Assembly: GCA_040003735.1 (NCBI GenBank)
Contig: JBDUBY010000131.1
Coordinates: forward strand, 1 to 54,713
Length of the DNA: 54,713 nucleotides
Direction of reading: 5' to 3'
DNA from: Parafilimonas sp.
GTDB lineage: Bacteria; Bacteroidota; Bacteroidia; Chitinophagales; Chitinophagaceae
Positions 20,628 to 29,931 of this stretch are shown here, one piece after another. The notes below the pieces were generated by a model that was not told the DNA's origin, did not search any database, and saw nothing but the letters and a program-made list of their open reading frames with translations. The translations under genes were made by a program, and so were the position numbers. Positions within the stretch are counted from its first letter, which is position 1; each line of letters opens with the position of its first letter.

Positions 20628-21563
20628 TTTTATAGAAACGCTGTAAGTTGTTTTAAATGATGCTTCTTCTTTCGGTTTTAAAATTTTTAATCCTATTTTA
20701 TTATTGAACGCATTTGGTGCAGCGCTTAAATTTTCAATAGCAATACTGTTACGATGTTCGGGAGTATATAACTGCAAATACGGGTAAGAATTATCTGGCT
20801 TAATTGTAAGCTCTAATCCTGATGTTGTATTTTTTAAAACACAGGCTGGCTTATTGTTTTCATTCAATAAAAAACAATTATCCAAAAAAGTATTGTCAAA
20901 AATTTCTGGTTTTTGAAATCTTATATAGGAAACAATTTTACCGGTTGGAACAAGTTTTCTGCTAAACTCAAGCATTTTATTTGCGTTTAACTGTAAGATT
21001 AATTCGTTGATTTTTGCATGAAGTGTAAAGTAAGGATGCCAGCCATCGCAGATAGGCATTTCTAAATCTGAATAATTTTCTACTGAAGTTGTAAGTGTTA
21101 TAGAATTATTTTTTTGAAGACTATAATTAATGGTGCATTTATATTCAAATGGAAAGCCTTCATTTTTATTGTTGTATTGATATTGTAATGTTACAAAAGC
21201 TTCATCGTTAGTTGCACCTGAATCTATAATAGAAAAAACTGCATCGTATAACAATCCATGAATTGCTTCTTCACCTAAAAAAAATTTACCAATTTTATAT
21301 TGATGTTCTTTAAAAGTATATTCTCCGTTGGTTACTCTGCATACATAAGGATTTAGTTTTGCGCTTCTAAACCCTTTGGTAATATTATCTTTTGCATCTT
21401 GCGGCGAACCAAATCCATCAATAATATTAATTGAATTATTTATTTTAAAAGCATTCAATAATGCCCCGAAAGAATAAATTTCTGCACTTGACCTTTCTTC
21501 ATCATTTCTTAAATAAACAACAGGAAAAATTTCTTTATCGCTTATCTCAACTTTAAATGCCAT
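20622..21563 (-). CDS. Aldose 1-epimerase family protein
   Basis: AIHG, GWHPYF, LDNCF, LQLYTP, IAIEN. Confidence 0.85.
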   Translation of the reverse strand: MAFKVEISDKEIFPVVYLRNDEERSSAEIYSFGALLNAFKINNSINIIDGFGSPQDAKDNITKGFRSAKLNPYVCRVTNGEYTFKEHQYKIGKFFLGEEAIHGLLYDAVFSIIDSGATNDEAFVTLQYQYNNKNEGFPFEYKCTINYSLQKNNSITLTTSVENYSDLEMPICDGWHPYFTLHAKINELILQLNANKMLEFSRKLVPTGKIVSYIRFQKPEIFDNTFLDNCFLLNENNKPACVLKNTTSGLELTIKPDNSYPYLQLYTPEHRNSIAIENLSAAPNAFNNKIGLKILKPKEEASFKTTYSVSIKS

Positions 21564-21569
21564 AATTAA

Positions 21570-22715
21570 TTATTGTTTTACAGCAACTGCAATTTTTGAA
21601 TCTGCAGTTCCATAATATAACCACCATTTATTTTTATAAAATGCAAGTCCTTCAGCAAAACAAACATTATTTACTTCGCCTGAAAACTCATAAGGTTGTT
21701 CAGGTTTTAAAAAATAATTATTCATCCTGTCAATAATTTTTGATGGCATATTTTTATCAAGCAAAACCTGCGACACAGTGTAAGTGCCTTGCGGTAAACT
21801 TGTATCACCAATTGAAGGAATATTCCTGCTGTTATAAATTAATAAAATTCCTTTATCGGTAAGCCTAGCAGCCGGCCCGCTTTCAACAAGATCGCAATCG
21901 AATTTGTTTTTTCTTGTAGGTATAGCAATTTTTAAATTAGAAATATTATAACCAGAATAAACAGAATCAAAATTTGCATCTGCAGTTTGTTGTTCCGGCT
22001 TCCAATTGATAAGATCTGTTGAAGATGCGGTCCAGATATATTTATCGCCCCAATACATCCAATACAAACCATTAATTTTTGCAGCAATAACTTTATTGTT
22101 TGTATAAGTTGAAACAATTGAACCTGATTTGGACCACATGCTATCATATTTCTTATCAGTAAAAACAGGTCCGTATTTTTTCCAGTTATATAAATCAATT
22201 GATGTAGCAACCATTAATCTTGCTGTTTTACCATCATACGCAGTGTACGTCATATAATATGTTCCTGCGCTGTCTTGCGTTAAGCGAGGATCTTCACAAC
22301 CGCCCGGCCATTCATATTTTTTAAACGCATCATTTGAAGGAAATAAAACCGGCGATATAAATCTTGTAAAATGAATTCCATCTACACTTTTTGCTAAACC
22401 AATGCGCGAGCAACCTGCGCTATCCTGTGCACGATACAACATAAACATGGTATCGTTTCTAACAACAACCGCAGGATTGTACACGTTTTTTGCTTCCCAT
22501 TTTACCAACTGATTTTGTACAGGATCTATAAAACTTAAATCGCCGGGCTGCATCACAGGATTAACAGAATCTAATTTATTAAAAGGCAACAGCCATGTAC
22601 TATCTGAAGTAGTTGCAGTAGCATTTTTGTTTTGCGTTGATGTACAGGCTGTGAAAAAAATCAAGGCAAAAAATGAAATGAATAATTTGTACTTGTGTTG
22701 ATAATAAAAAATCAT
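21570..22715 (-). CDS. GH130-like glycoside hydrolase/phosphorylase, predicted lipoprotein
   Basis: FTAC lipobox, YNPAVV, MLYRA, GCEDPR, YTAYDG, NNVCFAEG, YYGTAD. Confidence 0.85.
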   Translation of the reverse strand: MIFYYQHKYKLFISFFALIFFTACTSTQNKNATATTSDSTWLLPFNKLDSVNPVMQPGDLSFIDPVQNQLVKWEAKNVYNPAVVVRNDTMFMLYRAQDSAGCSRIGLAKSVDGIHFTRFISPVLFPSNDAFKKYEWPGGCEDPRLTQDSAGTYYMTYTAYDGKTARLMVATSIDLYNWKKYGPVFTDKKYDSMWSKSGSIVSTYTNNKVIAAKINGLYWMYWGDKYIWTASSTDLINWKPEQQTADANFDSVYSGYNISNLKIAIPTRKNKFDCDLVESGPAARLTDKGILLIYNSRNIPSIGDTSLPQGTYTVSQVLLDKNMPSKIIDRMNNYFLKPEQPYEFSGEVNNVCFAEGLAFYKNKWWLYYGTADSKIAVAVKQ

Positions 22716-22806
22716 TCGCTGAAATTAATGAATCAAAAATAAACTCATTAATTAAACCGAATGATTTAAACGCAACACTTATACAAATGCAATAAAATAG
22801 ATGCTG

Positions 22807-23097
22807 TTAAACAGTAATCACGCTGTTGCTGCCACCGAACATGTTCCATTGTTCGCCATCGGCTTCAGGTTCATTCACCCAGGTATTGTTGTTTACAAGA
22901 TATTTAAATTCGTGGCGGCTATCTTTAGGAAGATTGATCTCGCTGGTAAAACTTCCGTCTTTTTTCTTACTCATAATAATTGTGTTCTGCCAATTACTAT
23001 TCAATCCTGATATCTCAATTGTTTCTGCATTATCAAAATTCATTGTAAATTTTACTTTGCAATAATCTTTTGTTTTGTAATAGGTTTTCTGTACCAT
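22807..23097 (-). CDS. Isoamylase early-set (CBM48-like) domain protein
   Basis: CKVKF, KKKDGSF, EFKYLV, WVNEPEAD, NSVI. Confidence 0.8.
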   Translation of the reverse strand: MVQKTYYKTKDYCKVKFTMNFDNAETIEISGLNSNWQNTIIMSKKKDGSFTSEINLPKDSRHEFKYLVNNNTWVNEPEADGEQWNMFGGSNSVITV

Positions 23098-23201
23098 CTT
23101 TTTTGAAAATTTTAATTCACTCATTAATAATCGTGCAAATAAAAGGTAACCTTTTTTTACAAAAAGACTTTATACAGTGATGTTGACAAAAATTTAAGAA
23201 A

Positions 23202-23942
23202 CTAAAGTTTTTTTATCATGATGTTTTTAAAACAAACACCACTTGTTTCTGTTTTGCTATGCGAAGATTGTAACGCAATGTGCCCGCTTTTTGCTGCACC
23301 ATAACCCGCATCATCTTTCCATTTACCGTTTGCTTTTAATTGTTTCCATTGATCGCTCCATAAATTATATTCAACTACCTTTTTATCATTCAGCCAATGT
23401 TCAACATGCCCTTTATTAACTATAATTTTTGTGGTGTTCCATTCGCCTGGTTTGTTTGCAGCTTTAACTGATGGAGCTTTCATTGCATAATCGGCGCCTG
23501 TTTTTTGCCAGTCTTCAATTTTCTCAGGAAAGTTATTATCGTCTATTAATTGATATTCCGGCCCGCTTAAATACGTTACATCGTAATCTTCAGTTACTAA
23601 ATATAAAATTCCGCTATTGCCTTGGGGTGAAATTTTCCAGTCAATATCCAATTCAAAATTTTCATACATTTCATCACTAATTAAATCTGCATGGCCTGTA
23701 TCTGAAGTATAGCTGCATATCGTTCCGTTTTCTGCCTTCCATGATCCGGGTTTATTTTTAAAAGTTCTCCAGCCATTCAATGTTTTTCCATCAAACAATA
23801 AAAACCAGCTATTTGTTTTTTGTTGAGATGTTAGCTGGTTATTTATGGTTGTGTCCTTTTGGGTTGATATGTTCTTTGCATCAACTTTTATATACAATGC
23901 GCCAATTAGGAAATATGCAGATAACAGTAAGATTTTTTTCAT
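23202..23942 (-). CDS. DUF1080 / 3-keto-disaccharide hydrolase family secreted protein
   Basis: Signal peptide, LFDGKTLNGW, GNSGI, EYQLID, GEWN, GHIALQ. Confidence 0.88.
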   Translation of the reverse strand: MKKILLLSAYFLIGALYIKVDAKNISTQKDTTINNQLTSQQKTNSWFLLFDGKTLNGWRTFKNKPGSWKAENGTICSYTSDTGHADLISDEMYENFELDIDWKISPQGNSGILYLVTEDYDVTYLSGPEYQLIDDNNFPEKIEDWQKTGADYAMKAPSVKAANKPGEWNTTKIIVNKGHVEHWLNDKKVVEYNLWSDQWKQLKANGKWKDDAGYGAAKSGHIALQSSHSKTETSGVCFKNIMIKKL

Positions 23943-24051
23943 ACAATTTTATTGATGTCGAAAGTTAAAGTTTTATTGATTTGCAATATTAAAATTGATC
24001 ATATAAACAATATCTTTAGTATGAAATACAAAACATTTAAACTGCATTTGC

Positions 24052-25080
24052 ATGTTGAAGATTTTTTTTTCTTTTTTTATTTTTCTAATAATTACGCATC
24101 CTGTTTTTGCGCAACACGAACCTATAAACAGGCAGGAATTTTTTTTAAGCGATAGTGTAGTAAACGTGCAGCTAACAACCGATATAAGAAAATTAAGAAA
24201 CGATAAATCAAAACCTGTTTGGTTGCCTGCGCGTATTGTAATGAATTTTGCAGATACATTAGTAATTGATGAAACCATAAAAGTAGAGCCGAGAGGTTCT
24301 TTCAGAAAAGAAAATTGTGATCTTGCTTCGTTGATGTTAAACTTTAATACAAGCACTGCACCAATGTTATCCAAACTAAAAAAATTAAAATTAGTTGGCG
24401 GCTGCAGAAACAATTCTTCAAGTGAAGAATTATTACTTAAAGAATATCTTGTTTATAAAATGTACAACATTCTTTCGCCAATGAGCTTTCGTATAAGGTT
24501 GTTACATGTTACTTATAATGACAGCATGAAAAGAGTGAAACCTTACACACAATATGCTTTTCTTATAGAAGATATAAAAGATGTTGCTGCAAGAAATAAT
24601 TGCACAGAAAAAAAAGATAGAACTTTTGGAACAGAAGGTTGTAACAGGCAGCAAATAACTTTCGTAAGCATATTTGAATACATGATTGGTAATACCGATT
24701 TTGCAGTTCCTAATTATCATAATGTAAAATTAGTTGTTCCACTTACTGATACATTTGCAAAGCCTTTCGCTGTGCCATATGATTTTGATTATTCTGGTGT
24801 TGTAAACGCACCTTATGCAATACCCGATGAAAATATTGATATAAAAAGTGTAAGAGATCGTTACTACAGAGGTTACCAGCGTACTTTGCCTGAGCTTGAT
24901 ACAATCGTATCTGTTTTCAAAGAGAAGAAAGAAACGATCATGAATTATGTAAGCAACTTTTATTTACTTAAGTCAGGTGTATTAAAAGATATGATAAATT
25001 ACCTGCAACAATTCTATAGCATTATTAAAGATGAGTCTTCTATCCGTTCTGTATTTATTTCAAATGCAGTAAATAAATAA
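24052..25080 (+). CDS. Secreted hypothetical protein with CotH-like kinase-fold motifs
   Basis: Signal peptide; RGSFR, EYLVYKMY, YMIGNTD, HNVKL, PYDFDYSG. Confidence 0.6.
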   Translation: MLKIFFSFFIFLIITHPVFAQHEPINRQEFFLSDSVVNVQLTTDIRKLRNDKSKPVWLPARIVMNFADTLVIDETIKVEPRGSFRKENCDLASLMLNFNTSTAPMLSKLKKLKLVGGCRNNSSSEELLLKEYLVYKMYNILSPMSFRIRLLHVTYNDSMKRVKPYTQYAFLIEDIKDVAARNNCTEKKDRTFGTEGCNRQQITFVSIFEYMIGNTDFAVPNYHNVKLVVPLTDTFAKPFAVPYDFDYSGVVNAPYAIPDENIDIKSVRDRYYRGYQRTLPELDTIVSVFKEKKETIMNYVSNFYLLKSGVLKDMINYLQQFYSIIKDESSIRSVFISNAVNK

Positions 25081-25084
25081 AATT

Positions 25085-25924
25085 TTACAACGAAAATTTA
25101 TTGTTCAAATATTTAGTAAGTTCTGAGGTATAATGATAATTATTACATTGCCTTATCCATTTTATTCCCTGAACTGCATTGGTAACAAATAATTCGTTTG
25201 CCTCAGCAATTTCATCAGTTTCAATTGTTGTTTCTTCGAATGGAATATTTTCCTTTTTCAGGCATTCAATCACATATCTTCTCATCACACCATTTACACA
25301 ACCTTCACTTAAAGCAGGCGTTTTTATAATGCCATTCTTTACAATAAATAAATTTGCAATCGTTGCTTCAGCAATTCGGTTGTAACTATTAAGAATAATT
25401 GCTTCATCCAATTTATTTTCTTGTGCCCACATTGCCGCCATTGCATAAGGCAAATAATTATTGCTTTTAATGTGCGAGAAATCATCGCAGGTTTTTTTTG
25501 CTTTTGTATAAATGTCCGCAATTAAACCTTTCTTTTTCAACGTTGCTTTTTGCACATCTAAGCTCCATGTTTGAATAACATAATTTGGAAAATTATTTTC
25601 ATAATCATACAATCCTCCATCGCCACGAAAAATTGTTAAACGTATTCTTGATAATTCTTCATGCTTATTTTTTAAAACAATTTTTTTTATTTGGGTTGAT
25701 AAATATTCAGCAGTAAAATATTCAGGTTGTTTAAATTTTAATATTTCTAATGATGAAAGCAAACGCTGAAAATGATAATTGCCTAAAGCAATATTTCCTT
25801 GTACCATTTTCATGGTTTCAAAAAAGCCATCACCAAAACGGAACGAGCGGTTATCAGCAGAAATAATTAATGTACCAGACAACATTAATTTACCGTTATA
25901 ACAGAAATATTTTCCACTTTCCAT
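25085..25924 (-). CDS. Class IV PLP aminotransferase / aminodeoxychorismate lyase-like
   Basis: FGDGFFET, IKSNNY, EATIANLF, GCVNGVMR, FVTNA. Confidence 0.88.
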   Translation of the reverse strand: MESGKYFCYNGKLMLSGTLIISADNRSFRFGDGFFETMKMVQGNIALGNYHFQRLLSSLEILKFKQPEYFTAEYLSTQIKKIVLKNKHEELSRIRLTIFRGDGGLYDYENNFPNYVIQTWSLDVQKATLKKKGLIADIYTKAKKTCDDFSHIKSNNYLPYAMAAMWAQENKLDEAIILNSYNRIAEATIANLFIVKNGIIKTPALSEGCVNGVMRRYVIECLKKENIPFEETTIETDEIAEANELFVTNAVQGIKWIRQCNNYHYTSELTKYLNNKFSL

Positions 25925-25974
25925 ACAACAAAAATAAACATGCAATTGCTGAGCTTTGCATTATAATTTCGGTT

Positions 25975-27072
25975 ATGAAAATTGTTGAAGTAATTAATAC
26001 GCTGGAGAATTTTGCTCCGCCTGTTTTGCAGGAAGATTATGATAATGCTGGTTTAATAACAGGTAACCCTGAATGGATTTGCACTGGCATTTTATGTACG
26101 CTCGATGCAACAGAAATAATTATTAAAGAAGCAATCTCGCTTGGTTGCAATCTTGTTGTTGCGCATCACCCGATTGTGTTCAAAGGATTAAAAAAGATTA
26201 CAGGAAAAAACTATGTTGAAAAAACAATTATAAATGCAATCAAAAATGATATTGCTATTTATGCAATTCATACAAACCTTGACAATGTAATGCACGGCGT
26301 GAACAATAAAATTGCAGATAAACTTAATCTTATAAACACGAAAATTTTATTGCCAAAGCAAGATGTGCTAATGAAGCTGTACACTTTTGTTCCGGTTGAA
26401 TTTGCAGAAAAAGTACGCACTGCTTTTTTTAATGCAGGTGCTGGAAGTATTGGTAATTATAGCGAATGCAGTTTTAACGCAGAAGGAAAAGGTACATTCA
26501 AAGCTGGTGAAAACACCAATGCCTTTGTTGGAGAAAAAAATATTCGTCATACAGAAAATGAAATTAAGATTGAAGTAATTTTTCCTTCTTATTTAAAAAA
26601 CAACATTGTTGATGCATTACTTAAAACGCATCCTTATGAAGAAGTTGCTTATGATATTGTTTCACTTGAAAATCATTACCAAAGTGCAGGCAGTGGTTTA
26701 ATTGGCGAGTTACAAAATAAAACTACAGAACAGGAATTATTAGAATTGTTGAAGTCTGCTTTTGACTTACAGGTAATCCGGCACACGCATTTATTACAAA
26801 AACCTGTTAAAAAAGTTGCTGTTTGTGGTGGTGCCGGCAGTTTTTTAATTGATAAAGCGCTGGCTGCTAATGCAGAGTTTTATATAACTGCTGATGTAAA
26901 ATATCACGAATTTTTTGATGCGAATAACAAAATGGTTATTGCTGATATTGGCCATTGGGAAAGCGAACAATTTACAATTGACTTGCTATATGAGGTTTTG
27001 CAGGATAAATTTCCTAACTTTGCCGTCCTCAAAACAAAAAGCAGAACAAATCCGGTTTATTATTTTACATAA
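25975..27072 (+). CDS. Nif3-like dinuclear metal centre protein
   Basis: QEDYDNAGL, AHHPIVF, HTNLD, HPYEEVAY, GHWESE; start at MKIVEV. Confidence 0.93.
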   Translation: MKIVEVINTLENFAPPVLQEDYDNAGLITGNPEWICTGILCTLDATEIIIKEAISLGCNLVVAHHPIVFKGLKKITGKNYVEKTIINAIKNDIAIYAIHTNLDNVMHGVNNKIADKLNLINTKILLPKQDVLMKLYTFVPVEFAEKVRTAFFNAGAGSIGNYSECSFNAEGKGTFKAGENTNAFVGEKNIRHTENEIKIEVIFPSYLKNNIVDALLKTHPYEEVAYDIVSLENHYQSAGSGLIGELQNKTTEQELLELLKSAFDLQVIRHTHLLQKPVKKVAVCGGAGSFLIDKALAANAEFYITADVKYHEFFDANNKMVIADIGHWESEQFTIDLLYEVLQDKFPNFAVLKTKSRTNPVYYFT

Positions 27073-27111
27073 TTCCGGAACTCTGAAATTTAAACTTTTG
27101 AACTTTCATAT

Positions 27112-27867
27112 ATGGCAGCAGTAAAAGAATATTCGGTTGAAGAAAAACTTTCATCGTTAGTACGCCTGCAAAAAATTGACAGCAAGCTGGATGAAATAAA
27201 AATTCTGAAAGGCGAACTTCCAATGGAAGTAAGCGATCTGGAAGATGAAATACAGGGTTTGCACAGCAGGCAAACAAGAATTGAAGAAGAAATAAACGGC
27301 ATTACAGATTTCATCGAACAGAAGAAAAATATAACTAAAGAAGCCGATGTTTTGGTAAAAAAATATCAAAAACAAAGCGATGCTGTAAAAAATAACCGCG
27401 AGTACGAAGCCATCAATAAAGAAATTGAAATGCAGGAGCTTGAAGGCAAGCTGGCTGAAAAACATATTCGCGATGCAAACGAAGAATTGGCTGAAAAAGC
27501 AAAAGTGCTTGATCAAACCAAAAAATTGATTGCTACAAAAGATACTTCATTAAAACAAAAGAAAGGCGAACTCGAAAAAATTATCGCTGATACGGAAAAA
27601 GAAGAAAAACAATATTCAAAAATTTCCGATGATGCACGTGAAAATATTGATGACCGTCTTTTGTATTCTTACGATCGCATTCGCAAAAGCTACCGCAATG
27701 GTTTAGCTGTTGTGCCGGTTGAAAGAGATGCATGCGGTGGATGTTTTAACTCAATTCCTCCTCAGCGTCAAAGCGAAATTCGTCAGCACAAAAAAATCAT
27801 TGTTTGCGAAAACTGCGGAAGAATTTTGGTGGATGATGAATTGAATGCAGCAACCAACGCGAAATAA
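27112..27867 (+). CDS. Coiled-coil plus C4 zinc-ribbon protein (DUF164/CT398-like)
   Basis: Long coiled coil, CGGC and CENCGRIL. Confidence 0.9.
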   Translation: MAAVKEYSVEEKLSSLVRLQKIDSKLDEIKILKGELPMEVSDLEDEIQGLHSRQTRIEEEINGITDFIEQKKNITKEADVLVKKYQKQSDAVKNNREYEAINKEIEMQELEGKLAEKHIRDANEELAEKAKVLDQTKKLIATKDTSLKQKKGELEKIIADTEKEEKQYSKISDDARENIDDRLLYSYDRIRKSYRNGLAVVPVERDACGGCFNSIPPQRQSEIRQHKKIIVCENCGRILVDDELNAATNAK

Positions 27868-27888
27868 CATTAACATCTTTATCTTTTT

Positions 27889-27918
27889 AAAAGGGCGCTG
27901 GTTTCAGTTCCCTTTTTT
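27889..27918 (+). terminator. Intrinsic terminator
   Basis: aaaagggcgctg-gttt-cagttccctttttt. Confidence 0.65.
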
Positions 27919-27930
27919 ATTTTCGGGCCG

Positions 27931-29433
27931 ATGAAAGTTTTTATACAGAAATCAATTTTCTCTTTTCTGTTTTGTTGCTGCATATTTTTTTCTGCTTATG
28001 CAGATAAAGTGTACAATTTTGATGCAACATGTCAACAGGCATATAACGAAATTACAAGCCTTCGGCTTGCAAACGGGCAACGGCTTACAGCGCTGGCAAG
28101 GCAACAAAATCCTGATAATTTAATTCCTGATTTACTGGATAGTTATGTTGATTTTTTTATTCTTTTTTTTAATGAAGATCCCGCAGAATTAAAATTACGT
28201 AAACCACATTTTGATAATTATTTAGATAGACTTGGTGATGGCCCAGACTCATCTCCATTTTATAATTATTGCAGAAGTGTTGTATTAATTCAGGAAGCTT
28301 GTGTTGAAATAAAATTTGGTCAACGGTGGTCTGCCGGCTGGGATTTTCGCAAGGCATTTTCTTTAATTAAAGATAATAGGAAGAAGTTCCCATCATTTGT
28401 TCCAAACAACATGATTTACGGACCGATGCAGGTTGTTGCAGGCACTATTCCTGATGGATATAAATGGCTTGCAGGTTTGTTCGGCATCAAAGGTTCAATC
28501 AGTAATGGAATGGCTTTGATGCAAAATGTTATCAATAGTAATGATACTTATGCAAGGTTATTTTCTTCTGAGGCAATCTTCTATTATTGCTACATAACTT
28601 TTTATATTCAAAACCAGCCTGAACAGGTTTTTCAACTGATCAATCAAAAAAAACTTGACCTTGTAAATAATCATCTGATGGCTTACATGGCAGCTAACCT
28701 TGCTATTAATAATAAGATGGATGAATTTGCACGAAGCATCATTCAAAACAGGAATAATTCTTCAGCATACCTTCAAACGCCGATATGGAATTTTGAATTG
28801 GCGTACATACAACTTCGCCATCTTGAACTTGCAGATGCAACCAAAAATTTTGAATATTTTTTATCGCATTTTAAAGGAAAATTTTATGTGAAAGATGCGT
28901 GTGAAAAACTGAGCTGGTGTTATTATTTGCAAGGCAATATAACAGCCGCAAACAATGCCAGGCAAATGGTCTTGAAAAGAGGTGGCACAGAAACCGATGC
29001 AGATAAACAGGCATTGACGGATGCAAAAAAAAATACATGGCCAAATCCAATTTTATTAAAGGCCCGTGTTTTAAATGATGGTGGTTATAATGAACAGGCA
29101 ATTGCATTGATTGAAGGCAAAACCGCAAACGATTTTCCCGATGCTACGGATAAGCTTGAATTTACGTATCGCACCGGAAGAATTTATGATGACCTGAATA
29201 AAGATGATGCAGCAATTAAACATTATTTAGCCGCTATTTCTATTGGTGAAAACAGAACGGAATATTATGCCTCACGTGCCGCTTTGCAAATAGGAATGAT
29301 TTATGAAAAGCAAGGCAGGAAAGATCTCGCCATTCAATACTATAAGAAATGCCTTGCTATGAAAAATCATGATTATAAAGATTCCATAGATCAAAAAGCA
29401 AAATCGGGTATTGCACGTTGCAGCGGCGGATAA
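27931..29433 (+). CDS. Secreted tetratricopeptide-repeat protein
   Basis: Signal peptide; helical repeats such as ALQIGMIYEKQGRKDLAIQYYKKCL. Confidence 0.75.
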   Translation: MKVFIQKSIFSFLFCCCIFFSAYADKVYNFDATCQQAYNEITSLRLANGQRLTALARQQNPDNLIPDLLDSYVDFFILFFNEDPAELKLRKPHFDNYLDRLGDGPDSSPFYNYCRSVVLIQEACVEIKFGQRWSAGWDFRKAFSLIKDNRKKFPSFVPNNMIYGPMQVVAGTIPDGYKWLAGLFGIKGSISNGMALMQNVINSNDTYARLFSSEAIFYYCYITFYIQNQPEQVFQLINQKKLDLVNNHLMAYMAANLAINNKMDEFARSIIQNRNNSSAYLQTPIWNFELAYIQLRHLELADATKNFEYFLSHFKGKFYVKDACEKLSWCYYLQGNITAANNARQMVLKRGGTETDADKQALTDAKKNTWPNPILLKARVLNDGGYNEQAIALIEGKTANDFPDATDKLEFTYRTGRIYDDLNKDDAAIKHYLAAISIGENRTEYYASRAALQIGMIYEKQGRKDLAIQYYKKCLAMKNHDYKDSIDQKAKSGIARCSGG

Positions 29434-29491
29434 AATTTAGATATAGAAAAATGAAAGCCTGAATTTAAATGATGCTGCCATAAAAAACATC

Positions 29492-29549
29492 AGCACAAGG
29501 GAGTGACACAACGAAGTTTAATTGAAATATCAAAGCTGGCTAACAAAAA
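29492..29549 (+). repeat. ~55-bp dispersed repeat, copy 3 (diverged)
   Basis: AGCACAAGGGAGTGACACAACGAAGTTTAATTGAAATATCAAAGCTGGCTAACAAAAA. Confidence 0.75.
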
Positions 29550-29551
29550 TT

Positions 29552-29860
29552 TTACCTGTTCTTTCCTTCCAGCTTATCACAATATTCAACAGAGCCTACA
29601 CGAAATTTTATTGGAATACCAACAGCTTTTTGTATCTGCAATTCTTTGTTACAAAAAAATGGTAATTGCTTTGCGTAAAAATTGCCGGGCAATTGATTTT
29701 GAAGTATCGTTTGTTTTGCATAAAATGCATTACTATATAATGAAAAAAAATGTACGCTGTCTATCTTTACAGAATCTTTTGAAACCTGCGCCTGCAAAAA
29801 GGTTAATGAGAATAGTAATTTAACAGTTAAAGCAAAGAATGTTTTCTTTTTCGAGTTCAT
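29552..29860 (-). CDS. Small secreted hypothetical protein
   Basis: Signal-like N-terminus; C-terminal FFCNKELQIQK...IKFRVGSVEYCDKLEGK. Confidence 0.65.
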   Translation of the reverse strand: MNSKKKTFFALTVKLLFSLTFLQAQVSKDSVKIDSVHFFSLYSNAFYAKQTILQNQLPGNFYAKQLPFFCNKELQIQKAVGIPIKFRVGSVEYCDKLEGKNR

Positions 29861-29931
29861 ATTTGCAGGTAAATTTACGGCAAGTAATTATTTTGCATCT
29901 TAATAATTGATTAAACTTACGAGGAACAGCA

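Noticed and set aside
29503-29823. 106-aa plus-strand ORF starting within repeat copy 3
   Set aside because: Antisense to the more plausible 29552-29860 gene; its start comes from the repeat
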